From: Verrucomicrobiota bacterium
Lineage (GTDB): Bacteria > Verrucomicrobiota > Verrucomicrobiia > Limisphaerales > UBA11358
Length of the DNA stretch: 64,000 nucleotides
Assembly: GCA_049522015.1 (NCBI GenBank)
Contig: JBEKOG010000028.1
Coordinates: 323-64,322, forward strand
Reading direction: 5' to 3'
A program made the translations under genes and the position numbers. Of this stretch, positions 37,977 through 47,656 are shown piece after piece (position 1 is the stretch's first letter; each line of letters starts with the position of its first letter). The notes under the pieces were generated by a model that was not told the DNA's origin, made no database searches, and worked only from the letters and a program-made list of their open reading frames with translations.

Positions 37977-38816
37977 ATGATTCAAAGCGCCACCGGCCTC
38001 ATCCTGCGCACGCGACCGCTCACGGAGACCAGCCTTATTGTCCATTGGCTCACTCCGGATTTCGGGCGCATCGCCACCGTCGCCAAAGGCGCGCGCCGCC
38101 TCAAATCACCGTTTCTCGGCAAATTGGATTTGTTTTACCTGGCGGATTTATCGTTCAGCCGCAGCCGCCGTTCCGATTTGCACACGCTCCGTGAAATCAG
38201 CTTGCGCGAGACACACAGCGCGCTGCGTCAGGACATCCGCCGGTTGCGCCAGGCCGCTTACGCCGCGGCGTTCGTCGAGCAGGTCACAGAAACCGGCACG
38301 CCCCTGCCCGCCGTTTATGAACTGATGCGCGAATTTCTTGTCTGTCTGTGCCGGCAAAAACTCGCGGCGCAAACTGTTTTTGCCTTTGAACTCAAAATGC
38401 TGCGCGAAATCGGGCTGCAGCCGAAATGGGAGCAAACCGGCCTCGCCGCCGGAACAAAAAAAATTGCCGCGGCATTGACGCAAAGCGACTGGCTCGCATG
38501 TTTGCGATTGAAGCCCGCGGCCGCCCAAACCGCCGAGTTGCGCCGGTTTTTGCACGGCTTTTTGATTTTCCATCTGGGGCGTCTGCCGCGCGGCCGCGCC
38601 GCGGCGCTGGCGGACGAAGTTTTCGCAGATCAACCAAGCCAGTTGATTAAAACCCGGAAGCCTGTTAAGAATATTCCCGCCCAACCGGGGGAACAGGAAG
38701 CGACTGAGAACCAATACATGAGCAAGCTTGACACGAAGAGGCATGACCGGTGCGCTGAAAGCAGCCCGTCCAAAGTTCGGCGATTTCGCCGTGAAATGAT
38801 TTTAACAATCAGATAA
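37977..38816 (+). CDS. recO: DNA repair protein RecO
   Basis: MIQSATGLILRTRPLTETSLIVHWLTPDFGRIATVAKGARR is an OB-fold N-terminus typical of RecO. The C-terminal ~50 aa may be a non-conserved extension. Confidence 0.85.
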   Translation: MIQSATGLILRTRPLTETSLIVHWLTPDFGRIATVAKGARRLKSPFLGKLDLFYLADLSFSRSRRSDLHTLREISLRETHSALRQDIRRLRQAAYAAAFVEQVTETGTPLPAVYELMREFLVCLCRQKLAAQTVFAFELKMLREIGLQPKWEQTGLAAGTKKIAAALTQSDWLACLRLKPAAAQTAELRRFLHGFLIFHLGRLPRGRAAALADEVFADQPSQLIKTRKPVKNIPAQPGEQEATENQYMSKLDTKRHDRCAESSPSKVRRFRREMILTIR

Positions 38817-38830
38817 ACGGAGAAGCCACC

Positions 38831-39505
38831 ATGCAGGACTTCAAACCACTACACGATGCGATCCTTAAAGGAGATGCGAAGACCGCGAAAGCCACCGCCG
38901 AAGCCGCCCTGGCCGCCGGGACCGACCCGATGAAGCTGGTGCAGGAATACATGATGCCCGCGATGGCCGAGGTGGGCCGGCGATTTGAGTGCAACGAGTA
39001 TTTTGTGCCCGAGTTGCTGCTCGCCGCCCGCGCCATGAAAGCCGCGCTCGAACTCATCCGGCCGCTGCTCGCCGCCGGTGGCGTAAAACCCACGGCACGG
39101 GTCGTCCTCGGCACCGTCAAGGGTGACTTGCACGACATCGGCAAAAATCTGGTAGGCGCCATGCTCGAAGGTGGCGGTTATGAAGTCATTGACCTGGGCG
39201 TCAACGTACCGCCGGAACAGTTCGTGGCGGCGGTAAAGGGAAAAGGTGCCGACATCGTGGCCATGTCCGCGTTGTTGACCACCACCATGCCGGCGATGAA
39301 GACAACGCTTGATGCGCTTCAGCAGGCCGGCGTGCGCCAGCAGGTGAAAGTGCTGGTAGGCGGCGCGCCCATCACGCAAAAATACGCGGACGAAATCGGC
39401 GCCGACGGTTACAGCGAAAGCGCGGCGGGCGCGGTCAACGCCGCCGAAAGGGCCATGGGCCGAGTTTCAAAACAGGCGCCACCCCAAGGCAACAAAACCG
39501 TTTGA
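38831..39505 (+). CDS. Stand-alone cobalamin-binding corrinoid protein (B12-binding cap plus Rossmann domain)
   Basis: DxHxxG motif (GDLHDIGKNLV), SALLTTTM and VLVGGAP motifs of MetH-type B12-binding domains. Confidence 0.88.
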   Translation: MQDFKPLHDAILKGDAKTAKATAEAALAAGTDPMKLVQEYMMPAMAEVGRRFECNEYFVPELLLAARAMKAALELIRPLLAAGGVKPTARVVLGTVKGDLHDIGKNLVGAMLEGGGYEVIDLGVNVPPEQFVAAVKGKGADIVAMSALLTTTMPAMKTTLDALQQAGVRQQVKVLVGGAPITQKYADEIGADGYSESAAGAVNAAERAMGRVSKQAPPQGNKTV

Positions 39506-39750
39506 GCAATCCCCTGGGCGCCTCACATGTTTTGCCAGGGAAAACCCCGGCTGCGATCACGCGTCGCGCCCCGCGAGCGTGAACAAAGGTAATTTCCTGA
39601 TCCGGTTGTAGCGTCGGCGCTGTGCGCCGATTGGGTCAAACCGCCCGCCTACACCATGTCCCGATGCAACAGGCAGGCTCGACGCCACACGAAATCGGGA
39701 CGCAACCCGGATAAAATCCCAATTGTCACGTCGAGCTTTCTAAGGTATTC

Positions 39751-41403
39751 ATGTCACGAGTTATGTCGCATCAAACCGCTGCCCCCAATGGCCTGCCTCC
39801 GCGTCGAATCTCCGAAGTCGCCCGCGAACTGGGCCTTAACACCGAGATCATTCTGCCCCACGGCCATTACATCGCCAAAATCCCACTTGCCGAACTGGAG
39901 GCGAGACGAAATCAGCCCAACGGCCGGCTTGTCCTCGTGACGGCCATGACCCCCACCCCGCAGGGTGAAGGCAAGACCACCGCCACCATCGGCCTCGCTG
40001 ACGCACTCCGCCGACTCGGCAAACGCAGCATGTTCTGCCTGCGCGAACCATCGCTCGGGCCCTACTTCGGTATCAAAGGCGGCGGCACCGGCGGCGGCCA
40101 TGCGCAAGTTGTGCCCGCCGAGGATATCAATCTTCATTTTGTCGGCGACATGTACGCCGTGGAGAAGGCCAACAACCTCCTCTGCGCCATGGTGGACAAC
40201 CATCTCCAGCACGGCAACGAACTCGGACTCGACCCGCGCCGCATCGTCCTGCGCCGGGTCATTGACCTGAACGAACGCTCGCTGCGCGACATCGTCATCG
40301 GCCTGGGCGGCCCCAAAAACGGGGTGCCGCGGCGCGACGGCTTCAACATCACGCCCGCCTCCGAAGTCATGGCCATCTTGTGCCTCGCTACGGATTTTAG
40401 CGATCTCGGCGAGCGCATGACCAGAATGGTTGTCGGTTTCACCTACAAGGGCGAACCAGTCCGCGCCGAGGCCATGCAGGCCGTGGGCGCGATGCAGGTG
40501 TTGCTGCGCGACGCCATTCATCCGAACCTCGTGCAGTCCTTGGAAGGCACGCCAGCCTTCGTCCATGGCGGCCCGTTCGCCAATATCGCTCAGGGCACGA
40601 ACACCTGCGTGGCCACGCGCCTCGCGTTGAAACTGGCCGATTATGTCGTCACCGAGGCCGGGTTCGCCACCGACTTGGGGGCGGAAAAATTCTTTCACAT
40701 CAAATGCCGCATTGCCGGGCTGAATCCGGCCGCGGCGGTCATCGTGGTCACCACCAAGGCCATCGCCTACCACGGCGGCTTTACGGACAGCGGCGGGCTT
40801 GGCAACCTCGCCAAGCACATCGAGAACATCCGCCTCTTCGGTTTGGATCCCGTGGTGTGCATTAGCAACTTTCCAGATGACAAGCCGGCGGACTACGCAC
40901 GGATCATCAAATTCTGCACCAAACTAGGCGTGGAAGCGGTCGTGTCCGAACACTTCGACAAAGGCGGCGCCGGCGCGACAGAACTGGCCGCCGCCGTGCT
41001 GCGCACCGTCCACCGGAGCCGGCGAAAGAAACTCCGTTTTCTCTACCCGCTCGCCGCGCCGATCGAGAAGAAGATCGAAACGCTGGCGACCCAGATCTAC
41101 GGCGCGGATGGCGTGGATTATGACCGGGGTGTACAAAGCAGTATTGGGGTGTTCAACAAACATGGGTTCGGCAATCTGCCGATTTGCGTGGCCAAAACCG
41201 CCATGTCACTCTCAGACGATCCCGAACGGCGCGGCCGGCCGAGAGGCTTCCGGATCAAGGTGAACGAACTGCGCCTTTCCGCAGGGGCGGGTTTCATCGT
41301 GGCGGTTTGCGGCAATATCGTGACCATGCCCGGATTGCCGAAGGTGCCCGCCGCAGCGCACATGAAGATGATCTCCGGCAAACGGGCAACGGGTCGCACC
41401 TGA
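39751..41403 (+). CDS. fhs: Formate--tetrahydrofolate ligase
   Basis: TPTPQGEGKTT P-loop, LHFVGDMYAV..., FANIAQG. Full length, ~550 aa. Confidence 0.95.
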   Translation: MSRVMSHQTAAPNGLPPRRISEVARELGLNTEIILPHGHYIAKIPLAELEARRNQPNGRLVLVTAMTPTPQGEGKTTATIGLADALRRLGKRSMFCLREPSLGPYFGIKGGGTGGGHAQVVPAEDINLHFVGDMYAVEKANNLLCAMVDNHLQHGNELGLDPRRIVLRRVIDLNERSLRDIVIGLGGPKNGVPRRDGFNITPASEVMAILCLATDFSDLGERMTRMVVGFTYKGEPVRAEAMQAVGAMQVLLRDAIHPNLVQSLEGTPAFVHGGPFANIAQGTNTCVATRLALKLADYVVTEAGFATDLGAEKFFHIKCRIAGLNPAAAVIVVTTKAIAYHGGFTDSGGLGNLAKHIENIRLFGLDPVVCISNFPDDKPADYARIIKFCTKLGVEAVVSEHFDKGGAGATELAAAVLRTVHRSRRKKLRFLYPLAAPIEKKIETLATQIYGADGVDYDRGVQSSIGVFNKHGFGNLPICVAKTAMSLSDDPERRGRPRGFRIKVNELRLSAGAGFIVAVCGNIVTMPGLPKVPAAAHMKMISGKRATGRT

Positions 41404-41500
41404 TCACCGCCGGCGGCGAAACCAATTTCTGATCGGCAGCCGGCAACGCCCGTCACCGGCGGCGGGTCCGCACCGGGTTTTGACCCGGGACTTGCCTCAA

Positions 41501-42379
41501 TTACGAATAAAATTCCTTCACCCTCATGATGGTGTCAAAGCCATCCAGTTCCAGCACATCCTTCAAGCATTGCATGGCCGGATGGTCCTCCGGCAAGAGC
41601 GAATAATTCCGCTTCACCGAGCCAATGATGGTGTTAAATCCCATCGGCACGGCCAGGGTCAGAAAAGCGCTCTCCAGCGGCCCTTTTACCGGCGAACCAT
41701 CCGCCCGTTTCGACGGCAGCATCACGGTAAAATTGCTCAGCCCCACGGACATGTTTACACCTTTGAGATCGGCATCCTGATGAATCAGTTTGATCGCATT
41801 GATCAATCGCTTGAAATCGCCTTCCGCATCGCTTCCAATCGGAATGATGCCCGGGTCGAGAATGATCTGATCGTTCGTTGCATTGTTGATGCGTTCCCGC
41901 GCGATATTGACCATGACCTTCGCGGTGGCATGCGTTTCCCCGGCGGTCTTGTTCATTTTCAAGACGCCATTTTGGTCCACTCCTTCGGTAATCAGCAGCA
42001 CGGGAACAAAGGGCTGCTTTGCCTGGATGTCAAACATTTCCAATCGCGCCTGGGAAATTGAATTCAATATGGGCTTGCGTCCCCCGGCACGCCCTGGATC
42101 GTACGCTTCCAGCCCGGCGGCGGCGATTTCCGGGTCAGGAGTGTCAATCGAAAGGGGCAGCGAAATGTGTTGTTGGATTTTTCGCACAACGTCCGCCATA
42201 AATCCAGGGGAACGCAGGCCGACATTCACGTCGATGTAGGCAGCACCGTTTTCCCCTTGGGATTTCGCCAGCTCGATGATGCCGGCCATGTCGTTTTTTT
42301 CGAATAACACATGGGTGGAAGGGACGGAATCATTTATTGATTCGCCGATGATCGTAAGGCCCGGGATGGTCATTGCCAT
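41501..42379 (-). CDS. Methyltetrahydrofolate:corrinoid methyltransferase (pterin-binding domain protein, MetH/AcsE-like)
   Basis: TIIGESINDS and AAYIDVNVG motifs of the pterin-binding TIM barrel. ATG at 42379 (MAMTIPGL) is preferred over 42427. Confidence 0.8.
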   Translation of the reverse strand: MAMTIPGLTIIGESINDSVPSTHVLFEKNDMAGIIELAKSQGENGAAYIDVNVGLRSPGFMADVVRKIQQHISLPLSIDTPDPEIAAAGLEAYDPGRAGGRKPILNSISQARLEMFDIQAKQPFVPVLLITEGVDQNGVLKMNKTAGETHATAKVMVNIARERINNATNDQIILDPGIIPIGSDAEGDFKRLINAIKLIHQDADLKGVNMSVGLSNFTVMLPSKRADGSPVKGPLESAFLTLAVPMGFNTIIGSVKRNYSLLPEDHPAMQCLKDVLELDGFDTIMRVKEFYS

Positions 42380-42618
42380 GAATGCTTGTTGCTGACAAAT
42401 GGTTGGCAGGGACAAACAGAAAAACAATCAAATTCAATCTTGGACAGGCACTTTCCCGCACCGTCGATCCCCAAATCCAGAATCTGCGCGACTTCGCGCT
42501 TGATCCCGGCCCAGCGGATGACATCATGGCCGTGATAATGTTGAAAACGTACCCGACCAAAAGGGGTTCTCTCTTGACCGTGCAGGCATTAAAATCAATT
42601 TCTCATCAGTGTAAATAG

Positions 42619-44202
42619 ATGCAAACATTGCAGGAAAAACTGTCCCAGACTTCCCAGTTTCTCGTCGGGACCGAAGTGGTTTCCGTGCGCGGTTCGATGG
42701 CTGAACAGAGCGCGGTAAAGGCAGGCGCTTTTGCCAAACAACTCGTCAAGTGTCCGGCCATTGATTGGATTTCGATTACCGACAACGCCGGCGGCAATCC
42801 GCAGTTGGCACCCCAGGCCTTGGGCAAACCCATCCTGGATGCCGGCAAGGAAGTCGTCATTCATCTCACCTGCAAGGACCTCAATCGCAACGGCCTGGAG
42901 AGTGAAGCCTGGCTCCTGAACAGCGAAGGGTTTCACAGTATTCTGGCCATGACCGGTGATCATCCATCCTCGGGCATCGAAGGTCTTGCGAAGCCGGTGT
43001 TCGACATTGATTCCGTCGGCCTGATTTCGATGTTGAACAAAATGAACCAGGGTTTCGATCCGAAGGACGGCGATGGCAACAGCAAGGGGCAGCGGCTGGA
43101 AAAAACCCGGTTCTGCATCGGAGCCGTCACGACGAATTACAAACTGCGCGAGGGCGAAGTAATGCCGCAATACTTCAAACTTCGGAAGAAAATCGAGGCC
43201 GGCGCGCAGTTCATCATCAACCAGATCGGCTTCGACTCCCGCAAGGACAGCGAACTGCGGCTTTACATGGATCAGCACGGGATGAAGCCTGTCCCGCTGA
43301 TCGGCAATGTCTATCTGTTAAACCCCCGGGTGGCCCAACTCTTTCACGAGGGCCGGATTCCCGGCATCGTCCTGACGCAACCGCTGCTGGACTTGTGCCT
43401 GAAGCACGGGCAGTCGGCCGATGGCGGCCGGTCGTTCTTCTGCGAATTCGCCGCCAAGCGAATCGCCATCTATCGTGGTCTGGGCTATCGCGGCGTGTAC
43501 CTGGCCGGCATGCACAATTTTGCCGTTATTGAAAGAATCCTGGAAATCGAACGCACGTTCGCTCCTGACGACTGGAAACAATTCGCGCGGGAAATCAGGT
43601 TCTCCCGGCCCGGCGAATATTTCCACTACGCCGAAAATCCGGCGACGGGACTGGCCGATGTCGCCGCCCCAAATCCGGGCGCCAAAATAAAATCAAAACA
43701 CGTCGGCCCCGTTTATCATCTGTCCAAGTGGACCCATGACCTCATGTTCAGCCCGGGCCACGCGCTGACGAACTGTGGCGCGTATCTTTGCCGGCATTCG
43801 GCAGACCCCAGTCAAGGTCCCAAACCGATGCGGGTTTTGGAGCATCTCAGCAAGGCCGTCCTGTTCCAGTGCAAGGACTGCGGCGATTGTTCGCTCCCGG
43901 AAATCGCGTTTCTGTGTCCTGAATCCCAATGCGCGAAGAACCAGCGCAATGGTCCGTGCGGCGGCACGCGCGAAGGCCGCTGCGAAGTGGACCGCTATGG
44001 CGATTGCATCTGGCTGCGCGCCTACGAACGTCTGAAACACGAAGGCAGAGAACAAGACTTGTTGCAGCATGTGCTCGTAGTACAAAACCAGGGACTACGC
44101 GGCACGTCTTCCTGGGCCAACTTCTGGCTCGGCCGCGATCACACGGCAAAAAAGGACCATCCCACCCCGCCCGCTGAAGCGGATTCCACCGCCAAACATT
44201 AA
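42619..44202 (+). CDS. Methylenetetrahydrofolate reductase fused to a Cys-rich MetV-like C-terminal domain
   Basis: The N-terminal ~300 aa is MTHFR-like (ISITDNAGGNP, HLTCKD, LAMTGD). The C-terminus has CKDCGDCSLPEIAFLCPESQCAKNQRNGPCGG, which I recognise as the MTHFR_C/MetV-type motif. Confidence 0.8.
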   Translation: MQTLQEKLSQTSQFLVGTEVVSVRGSMAEQSAVKAGAFAKQLVKCPAIDWISITDNAGGNPQLAPQALGKPILDAGKEVVIHLTCKDLNRNGLESEAWLLNSEGFHSILAMTGDHPSSGIEGLAKPVFDIDSVGLISMLNKMNQGFDPKDGDGNSKGQRLEKTRFCIGAVTTNYKLREGEVMPQYFKLRKKIEAGAQFIINQIGFDSRKDSELRLYMDQHGMKPVPLIGNVYLLNPRVAQLFHEGRIPGIVLTQPLLDLCLKHGQSADGGRSFFCEFAAKRIAIYRGLGYRGVYLAGMHNFAVIERILEIERTFAPDDWKQFAREIRFSRPGEYFHYAENPATGLADVAAPNPGAKIKSKHVGPVYHLSKWTHDLMFSPGHALTNCGAYLCRHSADPSQGPKPMRVLEHLSKAVLFQCKDCGDCSLPEIAFLCPESQCAKNQRNGPCGGTREGRCEVDRYGDCIWLRAYERLKHEGREQDLLQHVLVVQNQGLRGTSSWANFWLGRDHTAKKDHPTPPAEADSTAKH

Positions 44203-44296
44203 AACCGAACCGCCCGATCCGGCCTGACTTTCGCTGGAAAGTAGCCGGAAAGCATCGCACCGGTGACGCTGGAGACGGGGTGGTTCAAACACAGGC

Positions 44297-45829
44297 TCAA
44301 GCCGGGAAACGCATTTCCTCCGCGTAGGTGTCTTGAAAATCCTTGTCCTCATTGAGCGCCACGTGTTCGGTGCGGCGCGCGACGGCGTCCCAGCCGGCCG
44401 GGTCTTCGAACAACGCCCGTTTCGCCCCCAGCAGCGCGGTGTTGCCGGCGGGAACGACGCGATGAATGGGAACGCGCAGCAGACCAATCCGTTGGGCGCT
44501 GGTCCGGTTGACATAATTGCCGAACGCACCGGCCAGGTGAAGCTGGTGGATGTCATCGAGTGAAGCGCCGAATCGCGCTGCCAGCATCCGCAGTCCGGTG
44601 GCGATGGCCCCTTTGGCCATCTGCAATTCGCGCACGTCCGCCGCCGAAAGGGTCACGGCGCCGGCCAGCGGCATTCCGCGATCGGACGTCAGCCGGCCAT
44701 CGGGCCGGATCCAGCCGAGTTCCAAGCCCGCCGCCACCGCGTCCACCAGTCCGCTGCCGCACAATCCGCGTGGCGCGCCACCGCCAATCACGCGGCACGC
44801 CACCGAGCCATTTTGCGCGCGTACCTCGCTGATGGCGCCCGTGGCCGCGCGCATGCCCATCGAGATGCGCGCCCCCTCGAACGCCGGCCCCGCCGCCGTG
44901 GAGGTGCACAACATCCGCTGGTGGTTGCCGACCACCACCTCGCCGTTGGTGCCGAGGTCCATCAGCGCCGTCAATTCGCGGCTTTCGTGCAAACCGGTGG
45001 CCACGATGCCGGCCAGAATGTCCGAACCAACAAAGCCGCCGATGCACGGCAGGAATTCCACCACCGTCTTCTCCGGCAGATTCCAACCCAACTCACGCGC
45101 CGAAAACCGGAACCGTCCCGGCTGTTGTGGCTCGAAGGGATGCCCGGCCAGCGGTGCGACGCTGATGCCGCAGAACAGGTGGTGCATGACGGTGTTGCCG
45201 ACAATAATTATCTTATTCAAATCATTACCGGCATCCGAACTTTTGTCCCACGTGGGACAAAGTTTTGCACGGCGCGAAACCAGTTGGCTTGCCATTCCGC
45301 CGAGCTGTTCGCGCACCTGCCGCTGCAAATCCGGCTGGCCGCCACATAATGCAAATTCGACGCGGCTCATGATGTCGCCGCCGTGACGGGCCTGCGCGTT
45401 CAACGCCGTGACCACCGACAGCACGCCGCCGGTCTTCAAATCGAGGAGTTGCGCGGCAATGGTGGTGGTGCCCAGGTCAATGGCCACGCCGAGGCCCTCG
45501 CGCGGCGCAAACTTGAAAGTGGACTGATCACTCAGGATGGGCATCTCCCATTGCGCAAGCTCGAGTTTGAGATCACCCGTGATGGAATGCCGGCACGCCA
45601 GACGCCAGCCACCGGCAAGCTCCGCGCCCGTCAGCATTTTTTTTTCCTCCTCGCCGACAGGCAGAATGCCTTTCAAGGCTTTGACGCGGCAGCCTTTGCA
45701 ACGCCCGCGTCCACCGCAGGGGAACTCGACTCCCTGCGCGAAAAGAACGTCCTGCAACTGTGTGCCGGAAGCGACCTCCAGTTTGAGATCGGCGGGCGAA
45801 AGTTCGAGGGTATGCGTTGATGGGGTCAT
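44297..45829 (-). CDS. Corrinoid reductive activase (RACo/RamA-like: 2Fe-2S ferredoxin domain plus ASKHA/DUF4445 ATPase)
   Basis: N-terminal plant-type ferredoxin cysteines (CGGRGRCKGCRV) and ASKHA phosphate motifs (DLGTTTIAAQL, DLGTNGEVV). Confidence 0.8.
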   Translation of the reverse strand: MTPSTHTLELSPADLKLEVASGTQLQDVLFAQGVEFPCGGRGRCKGCRVKALKGILPVGEEEKKMLTGAELAGGWRLACRHSITGDLKLELAQWEMPILSDQSTFKFAPREGLGVAIDLGTTTIAAQLLDLKTGGVLSVVTALNAQARHGGDIMSRVEFALCGGQPDLQRQVREQLGGMASQLVSRRAKLCPTWDKSSDAGNDLNKIIIVGNTVMHHLFCGISVAPLAGHPFEPQQPGRFRFSARELGWNLPEKTVVEFLPCIGGFVGSDILAGIVATGLHESRELTALMDLGTNGEVVVGNHQRMLCTSTAAGPAFEGARISMGMRAATGAISEVRAQNGSVACRVIGGGAPRGLCGSGLVDAVAAGLELGWIRPDGRLTSDRGMPLAGAVTLSAADVRELQMAKGAIATGLRMLAARFGASLDDIHQLHLAGAFGNYVNRTSAQRIGLLRVPIHRVVPAGNTALLGAKRALFEDPAGWDAVARRTEHVALNEDKDFQDTYAEEMRFPA

Positions 45830-46578
45830 GCTGGTTCCACACCGATGAGTTGCGCGTTATGACGCAGGCCAACTCGCTCGCCCGGCTTCAACTTGAGAAA
45901 TTCGCGGTCATTCCAATCCGCGTTCAACAATCGCCGCAGCCAGCCCAGGTCGCCGGGGAGCTTTTCAAATTTCCAGCCGTGTGCCCGGGCGTTTTTCCGC
46001 GCAGCTTTCTCCCATTTTGCCGCTTCAGGCACCGGCGGGGCGATGAAGGCAAGCCGTTCATAGTGCCGGGTGAGGTTGTTCAATTGTTCGAGCAGATAAC
46101 CGGCATTTTCATCGCCGTATTTTTCAGCCAGTTGTTCGCGTGTGACGGTGGAGCCGGGTCCGAAGGGAAAATTCTGCTGGCGGACATCGCCATTGGCCGG
46201 TGAATTCTCCAGCCAGCCCGCGCTCTGAAAGTAGGTGCCCGGTTGTGTTTCCAGTTGCGCGAGATAACACCGGCTGCTGCCGAGAAGCATCCCGATGCAG
46301 TCGTGCGCGCGCGGGATGGCAACGGGCAGCGCCCGCGCCTCCAGCCCCACAATGCCGCGATTGCAAAGCCCGTAACCAATGGCAATGGCATCACATTGAC
46401 CGGTGGTCACTCCATCAATCGCGCCTTGAAGCGCGGCGCGTAGATTTTCAGCGGACCCTTCGTGGAGTCCCATTTCCAGGTGCTGGAAAGTGACCTCGGT
46501 TTTCGCCCCGGCGGCAAGCATTTCCAGTTCCCGTTGGAAGACAGGACAGGCGATGACATGCAACCGCAGGCGGTTCAT
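45826..46578 (-). CDS. DUF1638-domain protein
   Basis: LHVIACPVFQRELE start and ~250 aa size fit DUF1638. 4-nt overlaps with both neighbours. Confidence 0.65.
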   Translation of the reverse strand: MNRLRLHVIACPVFQRELEMLAAGAKTEVTFQHLEMGLHEGSAENLRAALQGAIDGVTTGQCDAIAIGYGLCNRGIVGLEARALPVAIPRAHDCIGMLLGSSRCYLAQLETQPGTYFQSAGWLENSPANGDVRQQNFPFGPGSTVTREQLAEKYGDENAGYLLEQLNNLTRHYERLAFIAPPVPEAAKWEKAARKNARAHGWKFEKLPGDLGWLRRLLNADWNDREFLKLKPGERVGLRHNAQLIGVEPA

Positions 46579-47474
46579 AAATTATGCTTTTCGCGGAGCA
46601 GTTTGTGCAGTTCGCTGATAAATTCCGGCGACGTTCCGCAGCAACCACCGATGAAATTCGCGCCGGCTTCGAGAACCGCCGGAACGTGACCGGCAAATTC
46701 CACCGCCGTCGTCGTATAAACAGATTTGCCGTCCCTGATTTGCGGCAGCCCGGCGTTGGCCTTGATCCAGACCGGGTGTCCGCCCGCCGCGGCTTTCAAC
46801 CGCGCACAAATTTTCACGAACCCCGCGATGCCCTGGCCGCAATTCGCGCCGACGACATCGGCTCCGGCTTCCAGAAGACCTGCCACCGCCTGTTCCGGTG
46901 TGGCGCCCATCATCGTGCGGTCTTTGTCCTTGCCGGAATCGAACACCATGCAGGCGACCACCGGCAAACCGGCGGCTTTCGCCGCCGTTGTGGCAATTCT
47001 GGCTTCCTCCAAATCCAGCATGGTTTCCACGACCAGCCCGTCGGCCCCGCCGCGCGCCAAAGCTTGCGCCTGTTCGGCGAACGCGGCGCGCAATTCATCT
47101 TCGGTCACGTCACCGTTCATGAGCATTTTGCCGCCTGGCCCAATCGAGCCAAAAACCAGTGCGCATTTGTTCGCCGCTTCGCGCGAGATGCGGGTGCCCG
47201 CTTCGTTGATTTCTTTGACGCGATCCGCGCCGCCACCCCCGGCCAGGCGCAGGCGGTTGGCGCCGAACGTGTTCGTCAAAATAATTTGCGAACCGGCTTC
47301 GACGTAGGCACGCGCGACGGCGGTGACTTTTTCAGGACGGGTCAGGTTCCAGAGGTCCGGCACTTCACCCGGCGCGAGTCCGCGCGCCTGGAGTTGCGTG
47401 CCCCAAGCGCCATCTGTGAGCACCGGGCCTTGGGCGATCAATTGTTGAATGAGTGGATTAAGCGTCATAACCAA
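46575..47474 (-). CDS. Homocysteine S-methyltransferase domain protein (MetH N-terminal module, stand-alone)
   Basis: LTDGAWGTQL, ILTNTFGAN, GANCG, and GGCCGTSPEFI (zinc-binding cysteines) of the Hcy-binding TIM barrel. Confidence 0.85.
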   Translation of the reverse strand: MVMTLNPLIQQLIAQGPVLTDGAWGTQLQARGLAPGEVPDLWNLTRPEKVTAVARAYVEAGSQIILTNTFGANRLRLAGGGGADRVKEINEAGTRISREAANKCALVFGSIGPGGKMLMNGDVTEDELRAAFAEQAQALARGGADGLVVETMLDLEEARIATTAAKAAGLPVVACMVFDSGKDKDRTMMGATPEQAVAGLLEAGADVVGANCGQGIAGFVKICARLKAAAGGHPVWIKANAGLPQIRDGKSVYTTTAVEFAGHVPAVLEAGANFIGGCCGTSPEFISELHKLLREKHNL

Positions 47475-47656
47475 GGGCTTTCACCGGTTGTGTTACCAGG
47501 CTGGTTTCAGTTCATCCAAATATTTTCGGTTCTTCCAGCAAAATTCGCCGCGCCCGTTCACGTGCCCGGCCTTTTGGCGGTGCCAGCCGGAACAAAGGGC
47601 TTTCCGAAACAATGTCCTAATGGCATGATTATTGCGCAATTTTGGAATCGGTTGAA

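Noticed and set aside
39506-39750. Possible ZTP (pfl) or THF riboswitch upstream of fhs.
   Set aside because: fhs is a typical ZTP-riboswitch target, so I looked for the GGGUCGUGACUGGCG and CCGCCUGGGC-type cores. Only a loose ccgcccgcc is present, and the most structured part is a GTAGC-hairpin REP unit (39608-39630). Not supportable without a covariance-model scan.
47475-47656. Cobalamin or SAM riboswitch in the leader of the homocysteine-methyltransferase operon (minus strand), and similarly in the divergent spacer at 42380-42618.
   Set aside because: I could not find a B12 box (consensus roughly AGYCMGGAGACCKGCC with a GCCACUG core) or SAM-I/II core motifs on the relevant strand. An Infernal scan would be decisive.
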